This document shows, one piece after another, positions 51,692-58,903 of a stretch of 58,903 nt of DNA; position 1 is the stretch's first letter; the number at the start of each line of letters is the position of its first letter. Source of the DNA: a virus (taxonomy: Duplodnaviria > Caudoviricetes); IMG/VR virus record IMGVR_UViG_3300025066_000029, positions 1 to 58,903 of that record. One strand, written 5' to 3'. Under the pieces are notes generated by a model. The model saw only the letters and a program-made list of their open reading frames with translations, made no database searches and had not been told where the DNA came from. A program made the position numbers and the translations under genes.

Positions 51692-52669
51692 ATGCGTGAG
51701 GAGTTAAATAAAGAATCACTTCTCAAACATGTTAGTCAGGAAGATATATTTCAAAAGTACATGAAACACAGGCCAGAAATTGGAAATTATTACTGTAACC
51801 CACTTAGAGAGGACAGTAATCCCGGTTGTTGGTATTGGTATAATGGTTATGGAACACTGTTTTTTATAGATAATACCAAGAGGAGAGAGTTTGGTGGTGA
51901 TTGTTTTGAAATGGTAGGAAAGATATGTGAGGTTGAAAATTTCTATGAAATACTTCGTAGGATTAATTATGACTTTCGCATAGGACTTGATGATGGATAT
52001 CTTCAGGATTATAAACCAGTGGTAAGAAGTGCTGATGCAAGAAGGAGTGGAAGGACTATACGATCAAAAATTAAGTTTACCTACATGCCCTTCTTGAAGA
52101 AGGATATAAAGTGGTGGGAACAATTTTGTGCTACTGAATACCTTTTAAATAAGAATGAGATTTATTGTTGCCATAAGGTATGGATTAATGGTAATCTTTT
52201 TCACACATATAAATACGATGATCCAGTTTATGCTTATAAATTTGATGATCGTTGTAAGATTTATCGTCCGTTTGCAGAGAGGAAGAAGAAATGGAGATCT
52301 AACTGTAAGAATACGGATATTAATGGTTATAAACAACTACCAGAAACTGGAGAGTTATTAATAATAACCAAAGCTATGAAAGATGTGTTAACTTTAACAT
52401 CTATGGACTACAACGTAATTTCACCACAAGCAGAATACCCAGTATTACCAGAAAAACTTGTGAAAGAATTGAAAGAGAGATTTACACGTATTGTCGTTTT
52501 CTATGATAATGATGAAGCAGGTGTGCAAAACTCTATAAGATTAACAACAGATATTGAGGCAGATTACGTAAATATACCACAGGGAATGCCTAAGGATCCA
52601 AGTGACTATGTAAAGAAATATAGTTGTGAGGCTCTTACGGAATACCTTCATAGTAAGAACATAAAATAA
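51692..52669 (+). CDS. DNA primase (TOPRIM)
   Basis: NPLREDSNPGC N-terminal region, GDCF, KIYRP, ITKAMKD, YDNDEAG, KDPSDY. Confidence 0.88.
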   Translation: MREELNKESLLKHVSQEDIFQKYMKHRPEIGNYYCNPLREDSNPGCWYWYNGYGTLFFIDNTKRREFGGDCFEMVGKICEVENFYEILRRINYDFRIGLDDGYLQDYKPVVRSADARRSGRTIRSKIKFTYMPFLKKDIKWWEQFCATEYLLNKNEIYCCHKVWINGNLFHTYKYDDPVYAYKFDDRCKIYRPFAERKKKWRSNCKNTDINGYKQLPETGELLIITKAMKDVLTLTSMDYNVISPQAEYPVLPEKLVKELKERFTRIVVFYDNDEAGVQNSIRLTTDIEADYVNIPQGMPKDPSDYVKKYSCEALTEYLHSKNIK

Positions 52670-52673
52670 TTGT

Positions 52674-53417
52674 ATGGCAAAGATACTATATATTGACATT
52701 GAAACATCCCCCAACAAGGGGTACTTTTGGAGATCAGGTACTAAGATATTTGTACCACCAGAAGCAATACTTGAGGAAAGGAAGATTGTTTGTATTTGTT
52801 ACAAATGGAGTGATGAAGATACGGTACATTTTTTAAAATGGACAGCAGATCAGTGTGATAAAAAGATGTTACAGAAGATTAGTAAAATTCTTTTACAAGC
52901 TGACAGTATTGTTGGACATAATAGTGACAGATTTGATATTCCTTGGATAATGGGAAGATTGTTCTTTCATAAATTACCACCACTTGGTGACTTACCTAAA
53001 GAAGATACCTATAAACAAGCAAGAAAAGTCTTTAATACTAACAGTGGAAAGCTTGATTATCTTGCAAAGTATGCAGGAGTTGGTGGAAAGGTTAGTACAG
53101 GTGGTCTTCCACTTTGGATTGATGTATGTCATCATAATGATAGGCAAGCTTTAAAGAAGATGATTGATTATTGTAAAAATGATGTAATTATTCTTCAAGG
53201 ACTACATGAAGAAATGCTTCCGTATATAACACCCAGACAACATATGGGCATAATGCAGGGAGGAGATAGAAGTGATTGTCCATCATGTGGAAGTATTCAT
53301 AAACAAAAACGTGGAACTTATATAACAAGGGTAGCTGAATACCAGCGCTATAGTTGTAATGACTGTGGACATCGTTGGAGAGACACTCGAATGAAAAAGA
53401 CAACAGACAAATTATAA
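52674..53417 (+). CDS. RNase H-like (DEDD) exonuclease with C-terminal zinc ribbon
   Basis: IDIET, GHNSDRFD, YCKND; CPSC...CNDC. Confidence 0.82.
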   Translation: MAKILYIDIETSPNKGYFWRSGTKIFVPPEAILEERKIVCICYKWSDEDTVHFLKWTADQCDKKMLQKISKILLQADSIVGHNSDRFDIPWIMGRLFFHKLPPLGDLPKEDTYKQARKVFNTNSGKLDYLAKYAGVGGKVSTGGLPLWIDVCHHNDRQALKKMIDYCKNDVIILQGLHEEMLPYITPRQHMGIMQGGDRSDCPSCGSIHKQKRGTYITRVAEYQRYSCNDCGHRWRDTRMKKTTDKL

Positions 53418-53534
53418 TATTATGATACCAGCCTTTATACTGTGTAGTTGCCTAAGTACGGGTAAACCTGTATAAGGGCTGGGTCTTTAAAACAATTTAA
53501 AATGGGATATGATATACAGTTTGATAATTAAATT

Positions 53535-56057
53535 ATGGCTATACAACAGATAGAAATTAGTAATACACAGGGAACTAAGGGTATTGAAAAAGAGATTAGT
53601 AAAGGTGCTAAGAAAATGGTACTGGATACTTTGCAGATTAATCAATATACTAAACCTGTAGAAAGTACTGTAAGGGAGCTTGCTTCCAATGCAGTAGACG
53701 CGCAATTAGAAAAAAGAATTGCAAAAGAAATCTTAAGTGGAGAGGCTCAAGTAGAAGATTATTTCATTAGTAGAACTGGTGAAAAGTACGAGGATAGTAA
53801 TTGGAAACCTGATTACTATGACCTTACATGGTTAAGTGATGACGACAATGTGTACCTTAATTATTATGAAGGCTCAGGTGGTGGATTTTGTGATACCTTT
53901 GAGGTTATTGATCATGGTGTAGGAGTAGGAGAATCAAGGTTATATGGATACTTTCAACTTGGTTATAGTACTAAAAGGAATAGTGCTTCAGCACTTGGAG
54001 CATGGGGATTTGGTAATAAGGTTGCATTAAGTACAAGGTGTAAGTATTATACTGTTGAGACAGCATACAATGGTAAGCTGTTTAAGTTCAACTGTTATGC
54101 TTATAAAATTGATAGTTTGGTTCCTAAGTTTGATCTTGAGACAGAAGAAGAGAACAACTTTGTAGAATGGGATAATGGTGCAAAGATCTATTATCAGGCA
54201 ACTGATAGTAAGAATTATACCAAGATTAATGTTCCTGTTAAACGTCATAATAGACGCTCTTTTGAGGATGCAGTATCTTCACAACTATTGTACTTTGAGA
54301 ATATCCTGTTTAAGACAATTGAGGAAGATGGATATGAACGTCCGCATGAATTTCGTGCAAGTCTTGCTTATGAATCTGATAATATCATAATCAGTGATAG
54401 TTATCATTATGGTAAACCACATGTTCTTGTGTGTAAGCCAGATTCTAATATTGGAGTATGTTATGGTGTTATTGATTTCAAAGAACTTGAGCTTGAGGAT
54501 ATTTATGCAAATGTTGCTATTAAGTGTCCTATAAGATCAGTAATTGAGGACGAAGCTACGGGTGAAGATATTGTACTTAATGAGGGTGTTGAAGTTACCA
54601 GTTCTAGAGAGTCTATAGTGTGGAGTGACCATACTAAGAATTTCATTTTGAAGAAGATTCAGGATGTTAGAGATGAAGCAGAAGAACTTGTAAAAGAGGA
54701 ATTGAAATTAGATGATTTTCCTACTTGGGTTAACACATGTGTAAGCCTTATCACAAATGCTGAAAGTACATCTGTAATAGGAAGGATTGGAAAATTTGTG
54801 TCACTTAATAGTCTTAAACCTGCTTTTCCCGGTAATAAGAAATTGAGATATAGTACGTTTGAAAAATTCTTTAAGGGTTTGAATGTTAGACTTGTGAGTT
54901 ATAATGGTAAAAAGATTAATAGAGAAGACTGTCTTTCATGGTATACATATATTAATCGTCCTATTTATGTAGGAACTATAAGCGCTGTTAATAATCGTGA
55001 TTACTATATCACACAGGCACAGGAGAAAGGATCATTTATTCTTATAACACCTGATAATAAGACACCTGATATATTGGAATTAGAACGTTATAGGGAGCAT
55101 CAAGAGCTTCTGTGGAGTGTTCTTGAAGATAGTTATATCAACTATGATGAAATTGAGGTTTCTGAAGATTATAAGAAGTCCTATGAGAGACTTGAACAAC
55201 ATGATATTCTTAATCGTACACTTACACCAGAAGAATGGAGAGTTCAGAATCAAATGATCACTATTAGATCTTATGATAGTACTCGTAAAAGTTATGATTA
55301 TACATATAATGAGTATAGCTTATCTCTACAGAACCATGAAGAACGTCTTGCAGATCTTGTAAACTACAGTGGTAATTTATATTATGGATTTACAGAGGAT
55401 AAGGAAAAACTTAGGTTTGCAAGTAAGATATTGAAGAATGAGTATAATTTTCATTTATACAATGATGAGTGTGTAATTCTAATTGCAAAAAAGTATGAGA
55501 AGTATTTCAAACATCATAAGTACATTGATGAATTTTTTGAAACAGTAGAAGATGGTGTTTTAACAGCACACTCAAGAATGATTCACGGTTATACAATTTA
55601 TAAATTGCAAAAGGAAGATCATGAAATGTGTCAAAGAGTTATAAGACACAAGCAATGTTGGTATTTTATGGATAGAAGTGCACAAGCGGCAAAAGATTTA
55701 TTTGAGAATTATTATAGGAGTTGTCCTAATTATCTTAATGGTAATATTAAGGTAGATATATTTGAACACTATAATAAGCTTGTTGAAATTCAAGATGCAT
55801 TTGAGAGTGGTGATGAAGATATGATTGCTGAAGTACAAAAACAATACAATCTTCCTGAAGAGGTTAAGGATTGTAAAATTTATGATGTTATGCAAACACA
55901 AGTTGCTTATGACATCAATGATATTTATACCCAATATTTACATATGTTAGATTGTGATCTTAATATAGATGATCGCACATCTGAAGTTAGCGAGTATTTT
56001 AAGTTTAAAAACTATATTGATTATAAAAATGATGATTACATTAAACAAGACAAGTAA
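53535..56057 (+). CDS. rIIA: rIIA-like protein (GHKL ATPase N-terminus)
   Basis: RELASNAVDA, DHGVG, STKR, GAWGFGNK; paired with rIIB. Confidence 0.8.
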   Translation: MAIQQIEISNTQGTKGIEKEISKGAKKMVLDTLQINQYTKPVESTVRELASNAVDAQLEKRIAKEILSGEAQVEDYFISRTGEKYEDSNWKPDYYDLTWLSDDDNVYLNYYEGSGGGFCDTFEVIDHGVGVGESRLYGYFQLGYSTKRNSASALGAWGFGNKVALSTRCKYYTVETAYNGKLFKFNCYAYKIDSLVPKFDLETEEENNFVEWDNGAKIYYQATDSKNYTKINVPVKRHNRRSFEDAVSSQLLYFENILFKTIEEDGYERPHEFRASLAYESDNIIISDSYHYGKPHVLVCKPDSNIGVCYGVIDFKELELEDIYANVAIKCPIRSVIEDEATGEDIVLNEGVEVTSSRESIVWSDHTKNFILKKIQDVRDEAEELVKEELKLDDFPTWVNTCVSLITNAESTSVIGRIGKFVSLNSLKPAFPGNKKLRYSTFEKFFKGLNVRLVSYNGKKINREDCLSWYTYINRPIYVGTISAVNNRDYYITQAQEKGSFILITPDNKTPDILELERYREHQELLWSVLEDSYINYDEIEVSEDYKKSYERLEQHDILNRTLTPEEWRVQNQMITIRSYDSTRKSYDYTYNEYSLSLQNHEERLADLVNYSGNLYYGFTEDKEKLRFASKILKNEYNFHLYNDECVILIAKKYEKYFKHHKYIDEFFETVEDGVLTAHSRMIHGYTIYKLQKEDHEMCQRVIRHKQCWYFMDRSAQAAKDLFENYYRSCPNYLNGNIKVDIFEHYNKLVEIQDAFESGDEDMIAEVQKQYNLPEEVKDCKIYDVMQTQVAYDINDIYTQYLHMLDCDLNIDDRTSEVSEYFKFKNYIDYKNDDYIKQDK

Positions 56058-57210
56058 TTCAATTACAGGCTCAGTTAATAATGAGCAATTTGGCATTCCT
56101 TTTTCGCAAGAAAGGTGGAATGAAATGGTTAAGCTGCAGGAAGCTGCAGAGAATGCAAGCACTATTGAGGAACTCAAGTCAATTATTGCTGATTTTCTAC
56201 CACTTACAGTTATTACTGATAAGGAGTATGTAGAAAGTAAGTGTCCTAATATCTTAGTTTCTAACAGGGGAACATTTCATCTTAATGTGGATGGACATCC
56301 AAGTAGGATTGCAATGCCTAAACAACTTGTAGACAATATCTTAGAGAGTCTTGATGCAGATATTTCTGCTGATCCACTTATTAAGTTATGGACAAGATGG
56401 TTAAGGAATCCAATTCTTCGTGGTTATTCTGATGAAGAAGCTTCTAATTTTTCAGAAAGGTTCTTTACTTACATCAATGCTGTATATGTTAGCCCTGAAA
56501 AGGTAAGTGAGTGTATAGAGGATGGTTTTACAGAAGAACGTGCACAAGAACTTTCAACAGTAAATCAAGTGCAAGTTACTAAAGAGGGACTTCTTGCTAC
56601 TTATAAAGTCTCTCAGGAGATTATGACTAAGTTTGATACTGAAAGTGGTGAACAGGTTTCTCGTTATAAGTATGAGTATGATGAAAATACTGGAATTAAA
56701 AAGAGGGTAGAGGCTGATATTGAGAATGAAGATAGACTCTTTCAACCAGTGATGATGGGAACAAGTGGAGATGCGTTCTTCTGTGAAGGAGATAATGGGT
56801 TTGTAGACTCGGGGCACTTTATACGTGTAGGTTGTGTACATAGACTTCCTTCATGGAGTTATGTGAATACAGATAATCATCGCTCTTGTGTAAAAGGTTT
56901 ACATCTTGGTGGTCTTAACTACATACGTGGTTATCAAAGGGATACTACAGCTACTCATAATTGTTTAGTGGATCCTACACATATAGGGGCTATTCCTTGT
57001 GCTAGTCATGAAGGTGATGGTGCTATTCGTGTACTTCAGTATTTTGTACTTGATGAATTTTCTGGAACTAATGGTAGCTTATATCATAGTTCTGATTATG
57101 CAGCTAAGACTGATACTGAATGGGGAATTGAGAGAGCAGAGATTCTTAAAGAATTTGGTGAACTTCAAGAAGAGGCAGATGCTGAAAAGCAAGAGATATT
57201 GAATATCTGA
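56029..57210 (+). CDS. rIIB: rIIB-like protein
   Basis: LWTRWLRNP, VTKEGLLATYK, SCVKGLHLG, VDPTHI, GAIRV. Confidence 0.8.
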   Translation: MMITLNKTSNSITGSVNNEQFGIPFSQERWNEMVKLQEAAENASTIEELKSIIADFLPLTVITDKEYVESKCPNILVSNRGTFHLNVDGHPSRIAMPKQLVDNILESLDADISADPLIKLWTRWLRNPILRGYSDEEASNFSERFFTYINAVYVSPEKVSECIEDGFTEERAQELSTVNQVQVTKEGLLATYKVSQEIMTKFDTESGEQVSRYKYEYDENTGIKKRVEADIENEDRLFQPVMMGTSGDAFFCEGDNGFVDSGHFIRVGCVHRLPSWSYVNTDNHRSCVKGLHLGGLNYIRGYQRDTTATHNCLVDPTHIGAIPCASHEGDGAIRVLQYFVLDEFSGTNGSLYHSSDYAAKTDTEWGIERAEILKEFGELQEEADAEKQEILNI

Positions 57211-57584
57211 TGGGAGGTAAGCGCAATAGAAGTGTAGGACATCGCTGGGAAAGAGATTGCGCAAGGGCTTATAGAGAGTGTGGTCATCCTCATGTGGTGA
57301 CCACGCGCTCAGAGTCCAAAGCCAGAGATGATACTGGTATTGACTTAATGAATAAGGATGAATTTAAGAATGGATTATTGAGGGATGCTCCTCAATGTAA
57401 GTGCACTCTTAAGAATCCTGATTATCACAAGTTAATTACAGAACTTCCAGAGGAATTAGGTATGCCTGTTGTTCTTCATAGAAAGACAGAGAAACAAGGA
57501 AAGATTTTCCGTGTTGTGGGGGAATATGCAATAATAAGAGTAGAGGATTTTTTTAAATTAATTAGTAATGGTAAGCTTGATTGA
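57210..57584 (+). CDS. Holliday junction resolvase-like PD-(D/E)xK nuclease
   Basis: GHRWERDCA...GIDL...QCK. Confidence 0.6.
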   Translation: MGGKRNRSVGHRWERDCARAYRECGHPHVVTTRSESKARDDTGIDLMNKDEFKNGLLRDAPQCKCTLKNPDYHKLITELPEELGMPVVLHRKTEKQGKIFRVVGEYAIIRVEDFFKLISNGKLD

Positions 57585-58242
57585 TGCAGATATTCTTCCC
57601 TATTCAGTATGTTTTAAGGGAATGAAAGAAGGATGGAGTTATGACAAACTCAAAGAAGTTATTGATGAATGGTTTATCGCTATAGTTACAGGTTGTAATA
57701 CAACACAATATATTGCCTATTTATCGGGTGATAACAATTTTCGGAGTAGAATATATCCAGAGTATAAAGCTAACAGAAAACAACCTAAACCAGACTATTT
57801 TTATGAACTTAGACGATATCTTAGAGAACGTTGGAAATGTGTAACTATTGATGGTGCTGAAGCAGATGATGCATTAGCAATGTCACAAGTGAAACTTGAC
57901 TTTATGAGTGCAATATGTAGTACTGATAAGGACTTAAAACAGATTCCGGGTTATCATTACAATATAAAAGAGCATTATCTCTCAACTATTGGCATAGAAG
58001 AAGCATATAGAAACTTATGGATGCAGGTATTAACAGGTGATAGCACAGATAATATCAAAGGAATTTCAAGAATAGGGCCTAAAAAGGCTGCTGAAATTGT
58101 TGATAATGTACTATTTACTACTGTACCTGAAGCTGTAAGAAGGATGTATAATGATGATGACGAGTTCATTCTCAACTATAGGCTTGTAAGTCTTATACAA
58201 GAGAACAGCAACTTCCATCTGCCAAAAATTAGGGAGTTATGA
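57568..58242 (+). CDS. 5'-3' exonuclease (T7 gp6/FEN-like)
   Basis: LIDAD, NFR, YKANR, EADD, DKDL, GDSTDNIKGI. Confidence 0.92.
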   Translation: MVSLIDADILPYSVCFKGMKEGWSYDKLKEVIDEWFIAIVTGCNTTQYIAYLSGDNNFRSRIYPEYKANRKQPKPDYFYELRRYLRERWKCVTIDGAEADDALAMSQVKLDFMSAICSTDKDLKQIPGYHYNIKEHYLSTIGIEEAYRNLWMQVLTGDSTDNIKGISRIGPKKAAEIVDNVLFTTVPEAVRRMYNDDDEFILNYRLVSLIQENSNFHLPKIREL

Positions 58243-58769
58243 CTAAAACGTATAAGTACCTGTATCCAGCATTTCACCTGTCTTGTAGTACAATGGTAAG
58301 AGCAATGTTGGGGGATCTTATGAGAATGGAGAAATTGGTAGACGTATATCTTTATGATAACAGTCATGTATATGAGGATCCAATGATATTTCTTCTCTTA
58401 AGACTTTCCCAAGGTTCTTTAGATGTCTTGGATAAATTCAGGACATTAAATACATATATAGATGATTACAGTGTTGACAACAATATGTTTATGGTTGTTG
58501 TAAGTATTTCAGATATGAGAGCATATAATAACTTTTTGGAGTCTAAATACTCTAAGATGTATAGCTCTGTATTTCTTGAAAGGGCATTTAAGAAGTCTGA
58601 TGGAGAATATCTATCTGTATATAATGTGTTTGCAAAGACAGTAAAGAGGAAGATGGAATTGATTGAAGATTACAATCTTCCTGATGAATTTGATTTTGAG
58701 GATGCGGAACTTGAAGGAATTATGAATATTGAAGAAGAAACATTTAAACACAAAAAGGAGGGAGCATGA
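58239..58769 (+). CDS. conserved hypothetical protein
   Basis: 176 aa; FLESKYSKMYS segment; coupled start. Confidence 0.6.
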   Translation: MTKTYKYLYPAFHLSCSTMVRAMLGDLMRMEKLVDVYLYDNSHVYEDPMIFLLLRLSQGSLDVLDKFRTLNTYIDDYSVDNNMFMVVVSISDMRAYNNFLESKYSKMYSSVFLERAFKKSDGEYLSVYNVFAKTVKRKMELIEDYNLPDEFDFEDAELEGIMNIEEETFKHKKEGA

Positions 58770-58903
58770 TTATTGGAATAAGCGGAGAAATAAATAGTGG
58801 AAAGGATACTGTTGGTAAGATGATACAAGGTCTAACTTCAGATAATATAACTGATGGAGAAATTGTAGATTATTCACTAACGGAAAGGATACAAGCTGTA
58901 ACC
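58766..58903 (+). CDS. deoxynucleoside monophosphate kinase-like protein, truncated by the window end
   Basis: MIIGISGEINSGKDTVGKMI P-loop start. Confidence 0.7.
   Translation, partial: MIIGISGEINSGKDTVGKMIQGLTSDNITDGEIVDYSLTERIQAVT

Noticed and set aside
11544-52669. Self-splicing introns or inteins in capsid, terminase, polymerase, helicase or primase genes
   Set aside because: ORFs are uninterrupted and of expected size, with no intein or homing-endonuclease motifs seen
1-58903. Stop-codon reassignment as in some crAss-like phages
   Set aside because: Core genes are full length in the standard code, TAG and TGA end genes at sensible coupled positions, and no convincing suppressor tRNA is present

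Overview
AT-rich, gene-dense phage DNA read in the standard genetic code. It is best interpreted as about 59 kb of a crAss-like (Crassvirales-type) podovirus genome with a probable Bacteroidota host, inferred from TAnnTTTG promoter motifs and A-rich leaders lacking Shine-Dalgarno sites. Bases 1-32.2 kb (minus strand) hold the virion module: TerS candidate, TerL, portal, a 1883-aa modular protein, scaffold-like protein, major capsid, conserved head/tail proteins, fibre proteins, a holin-like cassette, and DUF5675, GroES-like and IHF-like genes. A repeat-rich divergence point lies at about 32.1-33.2 kb. The 33.9-39.5 kb plus-strand segment is an RNA island: a tmRNA with a long tag, a tRNA-Glu-like gene with an irregular anticodon loop, a tRNA shell carrying a 64-nt structured insert in place of the anticodon loop, a ~740-nt GOLLD-like RNA and several unnamed multi-stem RNAs, interspersed with small early ORFs sharing a leader motif. 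Bases 43.8-58.9 kb hold the replication module: PolA, SF2 helicase, DnaB, AAA ATPase, primase, exonucleases, rIIA/rIIB, resolvase and a partial dNMP kinase. The two best novelty candidates are the QDGG-punctuated polyprotein and the RNA island, especially the tRNA-scaffolded RNA. All family calls come from motif recognition by eye. No database searches or folding programs were run.
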